Made by a program: the position numbers and the translations under genes
The notes under the pieces: model-generated
Told to the model about the DNA's origin: nothing
Seen by the model: only the letters and a program-made list of their open reading frames with translations
Database searches by the model: none
Shown here: piece after piece, positions 10,237 to 21,545 of the stretch
How the letters are laid out: the number at the start of each line of letters is the position of its first letter
Position numbering within the stretch: the first letter of the stretch is position 1
From: Trueperaceae bacterium
GTDB taxonomy: Bacteria; Deinococcota; Deinococci; Deinococcales; Trueperaceae
Direction of reading: 5' to 3'
Length of the DNA stretch: 64,000 nt
Assembly (NCBI GenBank): GCA_965214405.1
Contig: OZ243956.1
Coordinates: 1,216,001 to 1,280,000, forward strand

Positions 10237-11391
10237 ATGGAACCGAGTATCTCAGACCGCCCGCACCGTCCTTACGATAAGATTGAGACCCCTACGCGCC
10301 CCTCCAAACCTCAGCCAGAAGCGCGTGCAGGGCTCATTGTCGAGCTTACTCAGCTCGCCTTGTCCGCTTCCGACGCGCCCGCCGCGGTCGCGCCTATTCT
10401 CGACACGCTGGTCGCGCGCACCGCGGCGGCGGGCTCGGCGTATTTTCAAAGCGGGGGCGGCTTTTTTAGGGCGCGCTCCGCCGCGGGCGTGATGCCCGAA
10501 GGCCCGACGATGGACGCCATTTTGGCGCACGGTCTGCCCGCCGACACGCCGCTCATGTGCGCGCTCCAAACCACGCCCGCCCCCCTCTTTTTTGACGACA
10601 CCCGCAGCGCCCCGGAGGCGGCGGGGTTTCCTCAACTGGGCGTCACGAGCCTCGCCGCCGCTCCCGTGCGCGACCGCCAAGGAAGACTCCTTGGCGCGTT
10701 TCTCATGCACACCTTTGAAGCGCACGTGTGGCTCGAGCGTGAGGCCGACTTGTTCGGCGCGGTCGCGGGCGTGCTCGCCAACTTGGCGGCGCGTTTGGTC
10801 GCGGAGGAGCAGGCGGAGGAGGCGCGACGCGTGGCGCTCGCCGCCCGCGAGGACGCGATTCGCTCGCTCGGCCTGGCCGTCGAGAACCGCGACAGCGAGG
10901 TCAAGGGCCACACCGACCGCGTGACCGACTTGGCGCTGCGCATCGGCGGGGCGCTGGGTTTGGACGAGGCGCAACGCAACGCGCTCCGCTGGGGCGCGTA
11001 TCTGCACGACGTGGGCAAAATCAGCATCCCCGACGCGATTTTGCACAAGCCCGGTCGGCTTACCGGCGACGAATGGCAGATCATGAAAACGCACGTGCAA
11101 ACGGGCTACGCGTTCGCCGAGCAGTTAACGTTTCTGCCCCAAGAAACGCTCCAGACCGTCCTGCATCACCACGAGCGCTGGGCGGGCGGCGGCTATCCGC
11201 ACGACAAAAAGGGTGAGGACATCCCGCTCTTGGCCCGCATCTTCTCCATTTGCGACGTGTACGACGCGCTGACCAGCAAGCGCCCCTACAAGGAGCCCTG
11301 GAGCCACGAGGCGGCGGTGGCGGAAATTCAAAAGCAGGCGGGGGAGCAGTTCGACCCGGCGGTGGTCGCGGCGTTCTTAAACATCTTCTGA
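10237..11391 (+). CDS. GAF + HD-GYP phosphodiesterase
   Basis: GAF-like N-terminal half; GHTDRV, HDVGK, HHERWAGGGYP and DVYDAL. Confidence 0.9.
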   Translation: MEPSISDRPHRPYDKIETPTRPSKPQPEARAGLIVELTQLALSASDAPAAVAPILDTLVARTAAAGSAYFQSGGGFFRARSAAGVMPEGPTMDAILAHGLPADTPLMCALQTTPAPLFFDDTRSAPEAAGFPQLGVTSLAAAPVRDRQGRLLGAFLMHTFEAHVWLEREADLFGAVAGVLANLAARLVAEEQAEEARRVALAAREDAIRSLGLAVENRDSEVKGHTDRVTDLALRIGGALGLDEAQRNALRWGAYLHDVGKISIPDAILHKPGRLTGDEWQIMKTHVQTGYAFAEQLTFLPQETLQTVLHHHERWAGGGYPHDKKGEDIPLLARIFSICDVYDALTSKRPYKEPWSHEAAVAEIQKQAGEQFDPAVVAAFLNIF

Positions 11392-12521
11392 CCGGATAGC
11401 GCGCGCCCGCGCCTCCCGCACCCGCCGCGCCGCCTCCTCCGGGCTGGGTGCCAACGCCGTGAGGTGGCCCATCTTACGCCCCGTACGCGCCTCCCCCTTG
11501 CCGTAAAGGTGCAGGTGGATTTCGGGCAGCTTTAGGGCCGCCGCCCAATCCGGCGCTCCCCCTTCCCACAAGTCGCCCAAAAGGTTCGCCATCGCCGCAG
11601 GGCGTAGGAGCGTGGTGGTGCCCAGAGGCAAACCACAGACCGCCCGGAGCTGATTTTCGAACTGACTTGTCGCGTGGGCCTCGAGCGTCAAGTGACCCGA
11701 ATTGTGCGGCCTCGGCGCGAGTTCGTTGATGACAAGCTTCTCCCCTACCAGAAAAAACTCGACGCACATGATGCCGACGACGTTTAGGGCCCCCAGCACC
11801 CCCCGCGCAATCTCCACCGCCTCGTTCTCAACTTTTCTGGGTACGTCGGGCGGCGCGATTGACACGTCCAGAATATGCTTCTCGTGCCGGTTCTCAATCA
11901 CGCCGTAGTGAGCGAAGTCTCCACTAAGCCCGCGCGCCGCCACGACGGAGAGTTCGCGCTCGAAGGGGATAAAGGCCTCGAGCACCGCCTCTCCCCCGCC
12001 GAGAGCCGCGAACGCGACTTTCGCTTCTTCGGGTGTCGTGACCGTCGCCTGTCCCTTGCCGTCGTAGCCAAAGCCCGCCGTTTTAAGTACCGCGGGGACG
12101 CCGAGCTCCTGGAGAGCCGCCCCCAAATCGTCTACATTTCGGATAGCGCGAAAGGGGGCCACGGGAAACCCGGCATCGGAAAGAAAGGTTTTCTCGCGCA
12201 GACGGTTCTGCGCCACGTGAAGCGCCCTCACACCTGGTCGAACGGGCGCGTATTCCGACGCGGCCTCGAGCGCCGCCACGGGGATGTTCTCGAACTCCAA
12301 GGTCACCACGTCCACCTCACGCGCAAAGACTCGAACGGCGTCCAGGTCGTCGTAAGCAGCATTCTTTTCAACGTCGGCAACCTGCCCCGCGGGTGTATTT
12401 GAACCCGGCGAGAGAACGTGAACCCGGTAGCCCATCCTCTTGGCAACAAACGCCAGCATCCGCCCAAGCTGACCGCTCCCCAAGATGCCAAGAGTCGCGC
12501 CCGGAAGAATCGCGGGAGGCG

Positions 12522-12525
<4 letters not shown>
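11377..12525 (-). CDS. purK: N5-CAIR synthase
   Basis: [32 protein letters not shown] and RKMGH. Confidence 0.96.
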
Positions 12526-13035
<510 letters not shown>

Positions 13036-13043
<8 letters not shown>

Positions 13044-14004
13044 GAAGCTCCTTGGCGGCTCGAGCCAACCTGTCGCGCACCGCCAGCCACGCATCACCCT
13101 CAAGGGGCGCTTCGACGATGATGCGTTCGGCGCCGCTCTCGTCAAGCTCGCGCAGCGCCGCGTAAAGTTCACGTCCAAAGGCGGCGGGCGTGTTCGGCAG
13201 GGTTTTCCAGAGGATGTCCCCGTACTCTTTCGGTTGAGGATGTTTGGCAAGAACGCCTAAATTTTTATCTGAATGCTGCTCGAGATACGCCGCCAACTCC
13301 TCCGAAGGAACAACAAAAGTAGGTGTCGTGGGTGCGTAGTGGCTCGCCAGCCCACCGGGGGCTCGCACGCTGCCAGCCTCAAGGCTCAGCTCGGTTCCTA
13401 GCACAGTCTCGAGCCGTTCCACCGTGACCCCGCCGGGCCGCAGCAGGCGCGGGATGCCCGTACTCAAATCGAGAATGGTGGACTCCAAACCCACCTCGCA
13501 GGGACCGCCGTCGAGAATCATGTCCACCGCCCCGTCAAGCTCGGCGCGCACGTGCTCGGCTCGCGTCGGGCTGATACGGCCAAAACGGTTGGCGGAGGGC
13601 GCGGCCACGCCGCCGCCGAAAGCCTCGAGCAGCGCCAGCGCCAACGGGTGCCCCGGTACCCGCAGCCCCACCGTGTCCTGTCCGCCCGTGACCGCGTCCG
13701 GTACACCATTCGAACGTTTCAAGATGAGAGTCAGCGCGCCGGGCCAGAACGCCTCAGCAAGGCGGTGAGCCGCTTCGGGAACCTCTCGTGCCCACCCTGC
13801 CAACGCGCCCGCCGAAGGAAGGTGGACGATAACCGGGTGGTCGGCGGGGCGTCCCTTGGCAATGAAGATTTTTTTGACCGCTTCTGGGTTCTTTGCGTCC
13901 GCCCCCAAACCGTACACCGTCTCGGTCGGAAACGCAATGAGCCCGCCTGCACGGAGAATCTTTGCTGCCTCGTCAATTTGAACTTGTCGACTGTCAAAAC
14001 TCAT
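13036..14004 (-). CDS. sua5: L-threonylcarbamoyladenylate synthase (Sua5/TsaC2)
   Basis: [28 protein letters not shown] and SHYAP. Confidence 0.93.
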
Positions 14005-14049
14005 GGCCCCGCCGTTCGTGTCACCCTCACAGTCTATGCCAAGCACCCT

Positions 14050-15312
14050 CTAGCGAATCAAGATGATTCTCAGATCGTTCACGTTGGTGTGCGTCGGCCC
14101 CGTCACAAAAAGCGCGTCTGTGACGGCAAAAAAGCTATAAGAATCGTTGTCGTCCAGATGGCGCAGCGCCTCGCGCACCCCCACCCGTTCAAAAAGGTCC
14201 GGCCCCACCACCGCGCCCGCGTTGTCCTCGCTGCCGTCGACGCCGTCGGTGTCGGCGGCCAGCGCGTAAACGTCCGGCAAGCCGCGCAGTTTGGAAGCTA
14301 GCGCAAGCAAAAATTCGCCGTTCCGTCCACCTCTGCCCGCACCGCGTACGGTCACGGTGGTCTCGCCACCTGAAAGCAGCGCGCAAGGCCGCGCCAAAGG
14401 CTGAGCGTAGCGCACCACCTGGCGCACAAGCGCCGCGTGAAAGCGGGCCGCCTCGCGCGCCTCGCCCGTGAGCGAGTCCGACAGGATGAGCGGCGTGACG
14501 CCCCGCTCACGAAAAAACTGGGCCACACGCTCCAACATCCCCTGCGCGCTCCCGATGAGGATATTCTCGACTCGCTCAAAAAAAGCGTCACCCGGTTTGG
14601 GCGTCTCCGGCACCTCGCCCCGCATTCCCTTCTCCAAAAATCGCCTCACTTCAAGAAAAGGGAGGTCGTAGCGGTCTAGCACGTCTAGCGCGTCCCCGAA
14701 CGTGCTCGAGTCGGCCACGGTAGGGCCGGAGGCGACGCTCGAGAGCTCATCGCCCGCCACGTCGGAAAGGATGAGCGAGAGCACCCGCGCAGGTGCCGCC
14801 GCCGCTGCCAACCGCCCGCCCTTGACTTTGGAAAGGTGCTTGCGAAGAGTGTTCATCTCGGTGATGTCCGCGCCCGAACGCAGGAGCGCGCGCGTCAGCG
14901 CAGTCTTTTTTTCAAAACTCACCCCGTCCGGCGCGGTGAGGAGCGCCGAGCCGCCGCCCGAGATGAGGCATAACATCAGGTCGTCGGGACCCAGGCTGCG
15001 GGCAAGTGAGAGCGCCCGCGCCGTCGCCGCCCGCCCCGCCTCGTCGGGCACCGGGTGCCCCGCTTCTATCACCTCAATCGTTTGAGTAGGCAGCGCGTGC
15101 CCGTAGCGGGTGATAACGAACCCCTCCAGTTTGTGATGCTGATAATGCGCCTCAACGATTCTCGCCATCGCCGCCGCCGCTTTGCCCGTACCGAGAACGA
15201 CGAGACGGCCCTTTGGGGGCGGCGGCAGGTGAGGCGGCAGCATCCGCGCCGGTTGGACAGCCCCCAACCCCGCCCAAAACGCCTCTTGCAGCAGCACCTT
15301 GGCGTCCGTCAC
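14050..15312 (-). CDS. Glycerate 2-kinase (MOFRL family)
   Basis: GKAA, AGHPVPD, ISGGGSALL, SGPT, GGETTV, DTDGVDG and TGPTHTNVND. Confidence 0.9.
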   Translation of the reverse strand: MTDAKVLLQEAFWAGLGAVQPARMLPPHLPPPPKGRLVVLGTGKAAAAMARIVEAHYQHHKLEGFVITRYGHALPTQTIEVIEAGHPVPDEAGRAATARALSLARSLGPDDLMLCLISGGGSALLTAPDGVSFEKKTALTRALLRSGADITEMNTLRKHLSKVKGGRLAAAAAPARVLSLILSDVAGDELSSVASGPTVADSSTFGDALDVLDRYDLPFLEVRRFLEKGMRGEVPETPKPGDAFFERVENILIGSAQGMLERVAQFFRERGVTPLILSDSLTGEAREAARFHAALVRQVVRYAQPLARPCALLSGGETTVTVRGAGRGGRNGEFLLALASKLRGLPDVYALAADTDGVDGSEDNAGAVVGPDLFERVGVREALRHLDDNDSYSFFAVTDALFVTGPTHTNVNDLRIILIR

Positions 15313-15528
15313 AGGTTGAGGAACCTCCTTTGGTAAAGCTGTTTAGGCGGCGGGTAGACGGTCTGCACTCCTCTACTTTACCCGCTTCTCCTCACAACGC
15401 GCGCCCATACAGCGGTTTTATTGGTTGGTTCAGCGCAGATAGCATCTCATAAACTACATCCCCCACGGTAATTCTCGACCTGAATCTCCCTCAAACCAGA
15501 TGCTACCTGCTATACGCTAGAATGCCCT

Positions 15529-15807
15529 ATGTTCTTTCGACGCAGAAACCCCAATTTCAAAGAAGAGGGCAGCTTTCTACTCGCCCAGGTCCGCACCTCC
15601 CGCAACGGCGAAATCATCCCCGTCAGGCTCTCCAAAACGAGCGAGATGAGTTTGCAGGGCAACGGCTACTTTGTCCGCAAAACGCTGATTGGCTCCCAGA
15701 CGTTCGACCAGGCGACGCTCGAGATTACCCTCAACCGCCGCCACCGCATTCTCAATGCCGCCGTGGACGGGGGCGAGCTCGTGCCGGTCAAGGAGTGGGA
15801 GGACTAA
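15529..15807 (+). CDS. Small hypothetical protein
   Basis: Clean 92-aa ORF; ATG 5 nt after TAGAAT; abuts ppa. Confidence 0.7.
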   Translation: MFFRRRNPNFKEEGSFLLAQVRTSRNGEIIPVRLSKTSEMSLQGNGYFVRKTLIGSQTFDQATLEITLNRRHRILNAAVDGGELVPVKEWED

Positions 15808-15808
15808 C

Positions 15809-16327
15809 GTGCATCCCTGGCACGACGTCCCGCCCGGCGACGCCGAAGCGCTCCGCATCGTCGTCGAGGTGCCCCGCGACACCACGACGAAGTACGAACT
15901 CGACAAAGACTTAGGCGTCTTGAACGTCAACCGTATTTTAAGCCCGCCCGTGACCTACCCGGCCAACTACGGCTTCGTGCCCCGCACGCTGGACGAAGAC
16001 GGCGACCCCCTAGACGCGCTCGTGCTGATGCAAAACGCGGTGGTACCCCTCAGCGTTTTGCGCGCCAGACTCGTCGGCGTGGTGCGTTTTAGGGACGAGG
16101 GCGACTCGGACGACAAACTCATCTGCGTGCATATCGACGACCCGGTGACCGCCGCTTACGAGTTGGTGGAGGCGCTGCCGGAGTATCAGCGAGATGAGCT
16201 CAAGTGGTTTTTCGAGAGTTGTAAGGGCAACCAGGACGGGGCCGAGGTCGAAGGGTTTAGGGGAGTGAAGGAGGCGCAGGGGGTGTTGAGGACCTGTCTC
16301 GAGCGGTACGAGAAAAGGTTCAAGTAG
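15809..16327 (+). CDS. ppa: Inorganic pyrophosphatase (family I)
   Basis: HPWHD, KYELDK, YPANYGFVPRT and DGDPLD; RBS GGAGG before GTG 15809. Confidence 0.92.
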   Translation: MHPWHDVPPGDAEALRIVVEVPRDTTTKYELDKDLGVLNVNRILSPPVTYPANYGFVPRTLDEDGDPLDALVLMQNAVVPLSVLRARLVGVVRFRDEGDSDDKLICVHIDDPVTAAYELVEALPEYQRDELKWFFESCKGNQDGAEVEGFRGVKEAQGVLRTCLERYEKRFK

Positions 16328-16331
16328 CCCC

Positions 16332-16715
16332 CTACTGCGCGCTCACCAGATCGGGCCGCAAAGAGACCGCCTCGCGCAAATAAATATGCTTCATCTCCCT
16401 CTGGCTTTTGGTGGTGTTGACTTGCAGCATCACCCGGACGGCGCGCGGCAGACGGTTCGGCACCGGGATTTCCTGATTGCAAATTAGAGGCACCATGTCC
16501 ATGCCCAGCCGCCGCGCGGCCTCCGCCGGAAAGGTGCTCTTTAGGTCGGGCGTGGTGGTAAAGAAGATGGCGGCGATGGGCTCGAAGTCGTGGACGCCGT
16601 TGGCGGAGAGCATCTGCTCCAAGAGCTCCTTCGTGGCCTCCAAGATCTCCTCCGGCTCATCGCGTTCAACCGTCGTCGCCCCGCGCACGCCCCGCAACCA
16701 GTAAGTGTCGCTCAT
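16332..16715 (-). CDS. aroH: Chorismate mutase, AroH class
   Basis: RGVRGATT, FTTTPDL, FPAEAAR and HIYLREAVSLRPDL. Confidence 0.93.
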   Translation of the reverse strand: MSDTYWLRGVRGATTVERDEPEEILEATKELLEQMLSANGVHDFEPIAAIFFTTTPDLKSTFPAEAARRLGMDMVPLICNQEIPVPNRLPRAVRVMLQVNTTKSQREMKHIYLREAVSLRPDLVSAQ

Positions 16716-16872
16716 AACCGCAGTCTAGCAGAGCCTGCGCGCCTACGCAGCGTGCGGTGCGCGCCTCCCTTTTAAGCCGGTCCTTTTGTGCCGACGCGTA
16801 CGGGTGAAGTTCGGAATTCACTTCCGTCATACCCGACGCTGTCCCGCCGACTTTGCGGTAGCCCCTTTCGCG

Positions 16873-17793
16873 TCAGGCAGCGTGTTGATGGTCGGCAAGC
16901 GCGTTAGCGACGACGCGCCGGGCTTCTGCTTCTAGGGGGTGGGTCGTCTGATACTCAGCAAGCGTAACGAGCGCTTTCCACAGCGCCCAGCCGCGCCCTC
17001 GAGCCCAAGTCGCACGGTCCACCGAAAGCGCCCCGCGAAACGCCTCCCGGCTCTTTCCCGACAGAAGCGTCCACGCAATCACCAGGTCGCAGGCGGGGTC
17101 GCCCACCCCTAAACAGCCAAAGTCGATGACGGCGCTCAGGCGGCCCTCTTTAACCAAAAGATTGCCCGCGGCTACGTCCCCGTGAATCCAGACGGGGGAG
17201 CCGTGCCAGGTGGCGTTAAGGGCGGCGTCCCATACCGCGGTCGCCGCGGCGACGTCAATCTCACCCTCCAAGGCTGTGAGGGCGTTTCGCATCTCGGCGT
17301 CGTAGACGCTCAGCGGCCCGCCGCGAAAAAAGTTGTGCGGCCCAGGAGGCGGCCCACCGGCAGAGTCAATCTTTTGCAAGGCGACGAGAAACCGGGCCAA
17401 TGCGGTTGCGAATGCGGAGGGGTCGTCTATGCGTTTTAAGGTGGCGTTCTCGCCCTCGAGCCAGCGGTAGACCGACCACGGCCAGGGGTAACCTTCGGCG
17501 GGACGCCCCAACGCCAGCGGGCGGGGGATGGGCAGCGGCAGGAGCGGCTCGAGCCTGGGCAACCACCTTTGCTCCTTCTCCACTTGCGCCGCGTACCCCT
17601 CGGCGCTCGGGAGTCGCACGCTCATGGTCTCACCGAGACGGAAGGTTCTGTTGTCCCATCCGCTCGTCTCGACCGGCTCGACAGAAAGGTCCGCCCACTG
17701 GGGAAACTGGGCGGCAATCAACCGGCTCACGAGGGTCGCGTCGATGGTCACCTTATTAACAGAATTAACCTTATCAAAGGAATTAACAGACAT
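16873..17793 (-). CDS. Aminoglycoside phosphotransferase-family kinase
   Basis: SGWDNRTFRLG, WIHGDVAAGN and IDFG...GDPACD. Confidence 0.88.
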   Translation of the reverse strand: MSVNSFDKVNSVNKVTIDATLVSRLIAAQFPQWADLSVEPVETSGWDNRTFRLGETMSVRLPSAEGYAAQVEKEQRWLPRLEPLLPLPIPRPLALGRPAEGYPWPWSVYRWLEGENATLKRIDDPSAFATALARFLVALQKIDSAGGPPPGPHNFFRGGPLSVYDAEMRNALTALEGEIDVAAATAVWDAALNATWHGSPVWIHGDVAAGNLLVKEGRLSAVIDFGCLGVGDPACDLVIAWTLLSGKSREAFRGALSVDRATWARGRGWALWKALVTLAEYQTTHPLEAEARRVVANALADHQHAA

Positions 17794-17820
17794 TTTACGG
17801 ACAAACCCTCAATACAAACA

Positions 17821-17850
17821 GAGGAGGCTGGACTTTCATCCAGCCTCCTC
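17821..17850 (-). terminator. rpmB terminator
   Basis: GAGGAGGCTGGA/TCCAGCCTCCTC stem followed by TGTTTGT on the minus strand. Confidence 0.7.
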
Positions 17851-17867
17851 TACTAAAAACGCTAAAC

Positions 17868-18095
17868 TTACGCGCCGACGGTTTTGCCGGAACGGATGCA
17901 CGAGGTGCAGACGCGCTGCGTCTTGCTCTGCCCGCCCCGCCACACCTTGACGCGCTGCAAGTTCGGGTACTTCCACTTTTTGGTGATGCCCGTGGTGTTC
18001 TTGCCCACGCCGCCCTCGCGCTTGGCTTTCCCGCTCCGGACCACGTCGTTGAGAACGATGGGTTTCTTGCCGCAGATTTCGCATACTTTTGCCAT
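17868..18095 (-). CDS. rpmB: 50S ribosomal protein L28 (zinc-ribbon form)
   Basis: [10 protein letters not shown]...PNLQ...[10 protein letters not shown]. Confidence 0.95.
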   Translation of the reverse strand: MAKVCEICGKKPIVLNDVVRSGKAKREGGVGKNTTGITKKWKYPNLQRVKVWRGGQSKTQRVCTSCIRSGKTVGA

Positions 18096-18269
18096 GACTC
18101 ACCTCTAAAATTTCTATTCACACCTGATGATGTGCGCTGGGGCACAAGCCTAAAGAGTGTAGCACGCGGCGGCAGGTAGCGTAAAGCCGTGTTTGACGAT
18201 GACGACGCCTTTTATGACCGCGTCTCGCCCCTGCGAGAGGAGCTGGGGACGCGCTACCTATCTTCAAAC

Positions 18270-18303
18270 GCTTGATTTATACAAGCAGGTGCATATATTA
18301 TCA
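18270..18303 (+). promoter_or_regulatory. Putative argF promoter with degenerate tandem ARG-box half-sites
   Basis: TTGATT-16-TATATT overlapping ...TTATACA agcagg TGCATAT..., upstream of the arg genes. Weak match. Confidence 0.35.
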
Positions 18304-18382
18304 GGAGCTTGCGGGGCTCGAGGGGTACGCGACTTTACACTGAACCTCTACACACTGACGCCTCTACACGTGAAGGGCTGAG

Positions 18383-19324
18383 ATGAAACCAACCATGATT
18401 GACAGTTTGCAGGGCCGCGACCTGCTCTCGCTCGCCGCCTTGAGCCGTGAGGAATTTCACGGCCTTTTGGAGAGCGCCTTAGAGCTCAAAAGAGCCTGGA
18501 AAGAGGGCGAGCGTCCGCAAGCCTTGGCGGGCAAAACCATCGCCATGATTTTTGAGAAACAGTCCCTGCGGACGCGCTCGACGTTTGACATTGCGATGTA
18601 TCAGCTTGGCGGTCACTCGGTCCTGCTGAGTCAGAACTACATCGGCTGGGGCGTGCGCGAGACCGTTCGGGACGTGGCGCATAACTTAGAGCGCTGGGTC
18701 GAGGGCGTGATGGCGCGCACCTACGGCCACGGAACGCTTACCGAACTCGCACACCACGCCGACGTGCCCGTTATCAACGGACTTTCGGACCGCCTGCACC
18801 CCTGTCAGCTTTTGGCCGACTATCTCACGCTCAAAGAGACGTTTGGGGAGCTCGAGGGTCTCAAAGTGACGTTCGTGGGCGACGGCAACAACGTCTGCAA
18901 CTCGCACCTCAACGCCGCTATGCACGCGGGCACCGCGCTGACCATTGCCTGCCCGGAAGGTTTCGACCCGGACGAAGAAATTTTGGAACGGGCGAGGGCG
19001 GCGGGCGCAAATGTGCGCATCCTCCGCGACCCGCGCGAGGCGGCGGCGGGCGCGGACGCGCTCTATACCGACGTGTGGATTTCGATGGGGCAGGAGGAGG
19101 ATACCGAGAAGCGCCGCGAAGCGTTTAACGGCTACACGGTCACGCCCGAGTGGTTTGACGACCTCTCGCCGCGCGGCATCTTTATGCACGATTTGCCCGC
19201 GCACTACGGCGAGGAATGCACCGAAGAGGCCGTGTATCACCCCCGCAGCCGCGTCTTTGACCAGGCCGAAAACCGGCTGCACGCGCACAAGGCGATCCTT
19301 TTGCAGCTTCTTGGGGCGAGCTGA
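18383..19324 (+). CDS. argF: Ornithine carbamoyltransferase
   Basis: SLRTR, HPCQ, GDGNNV, TDVWISMG, HDLPA and QAENRLH. Confidence 0.93.
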   Translation: MKPTMIDSLQGRDLLSLAALSREEFHGLLESALELKRAWKEGERPQALAGKTIAMIFEKQSLRTRSTFDIAMYQLGGHSVLLSQNYIGWGVRETVRDVAHNLERWVEGVMARTYGHGTLTELAHHADVPVINGLSDRLHPCQLLADYLTLKETFGELEGLKVTFVGDGNNVCNSHLNAAMHAGTALTIACPEGFDPDEEILERARAAGANVRILRDPREAAAGADALYTDVWISMGQEEDTEKRREAFNGYTVTPEWFDDLSPRGIFMHDLPAHYGEECTEEAVYHPRSRVFDQAENRLHAHKAILLQLLGAS

Positions 19325-20397
19325 TGACCGCACCCGTACAGGTCGGCATCCTCGGCGCGAGCGGCTACGGCGGCGCGGAACTCCTGCGCCGCCTCTTTAA
19401 GCATCCTAAAGTGGAGGTGTCGGGGGTGGGCTCGAGAAGCTACCTCACCCAACCCTTACGCGCCTGCTGGCCGCAGTTCCCCGACGCTGGCCTCACCTTT
19501 GAGGACGCGAGCGCGGTGATTGAGGGCTGCGACGTGCTCTTTACAGCCACGCCCCACGGCGCGACCGCAGGACTCGTGAAAAGAGCGCTAGACGCGGGCA
19601 AGCGGGTGGTGGATTTGTCAGCTGATTTTCGGCTCTTGCCTCAAGACTACGCGCACTGGTACGGTCACGAACACCCTCACCCTGAACTTTACGAGGAGGC
19701 GGTGTACGGTCTGGTCGAACTGCACCGGGACGAGTTAAAAGGCGCGGCGCTCATCGCCTCGCCCGGCTGCAACGCGACTACTGCGAGCTTAGCCCTGGCC
19801 CCGCTCGCCGCTCACGGCCTGCTGGGCCGAGACGTCATCGCCAACGTCGCCACGGGCGTGTCGGGTGCAGGACGGAGCCCAAATTTAGGCTTTCACTTCC
19901 CAGAGGTCAACGAGAATTACAAGCCCTACAAGGTTGCGGGCACCCACCGCCACACTGCTGAAATTGAAAACACGCTGGGGCGCACTATGAGTATGGGGCG
20001 GCACCTGAAAACCCACGCAACGTTTAGCAAGCCCGTCGTCACCTTTAACCCGCACCTCGCGCCAATGACGCGGGGCATCCTGGCGACCTGCTACACCCGG
20101 CCTGAAGAGGGGGGCGCGTCCCTGGGGGATGAGGGGTTGCTCGAGCTCTACCAAAACTTCTACAGGGGCGAACCGCTCATTACCGTGCAAGAGGACCTGC
20201 CCCAGACCAAGGCCGTGTACGGCAGCGACCGCTGCGTGATGAGCGTGAGGTTCGACCCGCGCAGCGAACATATTCTCGCGTTCGCCGCGATTGACAACTT
20301 AGGCAAGGGCGCGGCGGGGCAGGCGGTGCATAATTTCAACCTGATGATGGATTTTGAGGAGACGCTGGGTTTAGAGCTTCAGGCGGTGTGGCCGTGA
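19324..20397 (+). CDS. argC: N-acetyl-gamma-glutamyl-phosphate reductase
   Basis: GASGYGG, ATPHG, DLSADFR, PGCN, SGAGR and DNLGKGAAGQA. Confidence 0.93.
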   Translation: MTAPVQVGILGASGYGGAELLRRLFKHPKVEVSGVGSRSYLTQPLRACWPQFPDAGLTFEDASAVIEGCDVLFTATPHGATAGLVKRALDAGKRVVDLSADFRLLPQDYAHWYGHEHPHPELYEEAVYGLVELHRDELKGAALIASPGCNATTASLALAPLAAHGLLGRDVIANVATGVSGAGRSPNLGFHFPEVNENYKPYKVAGTHRHTAEIENTLGRTMSMGRHLKTHATFSKPVVTFNPHLAPMTRGILATCYTRPEEGGASLGDEGLLELYQNFYRGEPLITVQEDLPQTKAVYGSDRCVMSVRFDPRSEHILAFAAIDNLGKGAAGQAVHNFNLMMDFEETLGLELQAVWP

Positions 20398-21545
20398 AGC
20401 TTCCCTCAGGATTTGAAGCGGCGAGCGGCACGGCGGGGATCAAGAAGTCGGGCAAGCCTGACCTGGCTCTCCTCGTCTCCCCCACCCCGCTGGCGTGGGC
20501 GCTCACGACAACCAAAAATCAACTGAGAGCCGCCTGTGTGGAACGCAACCGGGCGCTTTTTGAAGCGGGCGGAGCCGTTCACGGCGTCGTCGTCAACAGC
20601 GGCAACGCGAACTGCGCGACGGGGGAAAAGGGAGAACGGGACAACGAAAGCTTGGCGGAGAGTGCCGCTACGGGGTTCTCTCTGCCAAAAGACGCGATGC
20701 TCACAGCGAGCACGGGCATCGTCGGTCATCCTCTGCCGCTTACGAAACTCACCACCACACTCCCCAACCTGACGGACAAGCGCGGTGAAGATGTAGCGGG
20801 TTTTGCCGGAGCGATCCTTACCACCGACCTCACGACCAAAACCGCCGAGGCGAGGCTGACGGGCGGCTCGAGCGTCGTGGGCGTCGCCAAGGGCTCGGGC
20901 ATGATTCACCCGAACATGGCGACGATGCTCGCTTTTGTGATGACGGACGCTAAAGTTTCGCAAGAGAAGCTGCGCGCGCTGTGGCCCGAGGTGGTGACGC
21001 GCTCCTTTAACCAGGTGACGGTCGACGGCGACACCTCGCCCAACGATATGGCGTTCGTGTTCTCGAGCGCCCGGCTCGAAGCCGACGAGGACGAGCTTGT
21101 CAACGCGCTCGAGGAGGTTTGTCAGAGCCTCGCCAAAAGAATCGCCCGTGACGGCGAAGGCGCGACGAAACTTCTCACCGTCACCGTTACGGGCGCGCGG
21201 CATGACGAGGAGGCGCGCGCGGCGGCGCGGGCGGTTGCCAGAAGCCCGCTCGTCAAGGCGGCGGCGCACGGCAACGACCCCAACTGGGGGCGCATCCTGA
21301 TCGCCGCAGGCGCGTCGGGCGCGGTTTTCAATCCTGCCGAGGTCACGATCCGCTTGCAGGACGTGACCGTCTACCGCGGCTCGCCACAAGCGTTTGACGC
21401 CGCGGCGCTGTCAAAAAAGCTGGACGCGGAGGAGGTGAGGATGGAGCTCGAGCTCTCCCCCCAAGCCACCACTGGAACGGGCGTCGCCTGGGGCTGCGAC
21501 TTGAGCCGGGAATACGTGGCGATCAACGCGGACTATCACACGTAA
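20394..21545 (+). CDS. argJ: Ornithine acetyltransferase
   Basis: NSGNANCATG, KGSGMIHPNMATML, RDGEGATK and DPNWGR; GTGA overlap with argC. Confidence 0.95.
   Translation: MKLPSGFEAASGTAGIKKSGKPDLALLVSPTPLAWALTTTKNQLRAACVERNRALFEAGGAVHGVVVNSGNANCATGEKGERDNESLAESAATGFSLPKDAMLTASTGIVGHPLPLTKLTTTLPNLTDKRGEDVAGFAGAILTTDLTTKTAEARLTGGSSVVGVAKGSGMIHPNMATMLAFVMTDAKVSQEKLRALWPEVVTRSFNQVTVDGDTSPNDMAFVFSSARLEADEDELVNALEEVCQSLAKRIARDGEGATKLLTVTVTGARHDEEARAAARAVARSPLVKAAAHGNDPNWGRILIAAGASGAVFNPAEVTIRLQDVTVYRGSPQAFDAAALSKKLDAEEVRMELELSPQATTGTGVAWGCDLSREYVAINADYHT

Noticed and set aside
13044..13250. N-terminal extension of PurE (likewise PheT 61063-61257 and HutU 47879-47929)
   Set aside because: They overlap upstream genes; the RBS and conserved starts lie downstream.
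16720..16880. Possible c-di-GMP riboswitch (CGAAAG...CGCAAAG on the minus strand) upstream of aroH
   Set aside because: Other GEMM core elements and stems are missing, and aroH has its own leaderless -10 box.
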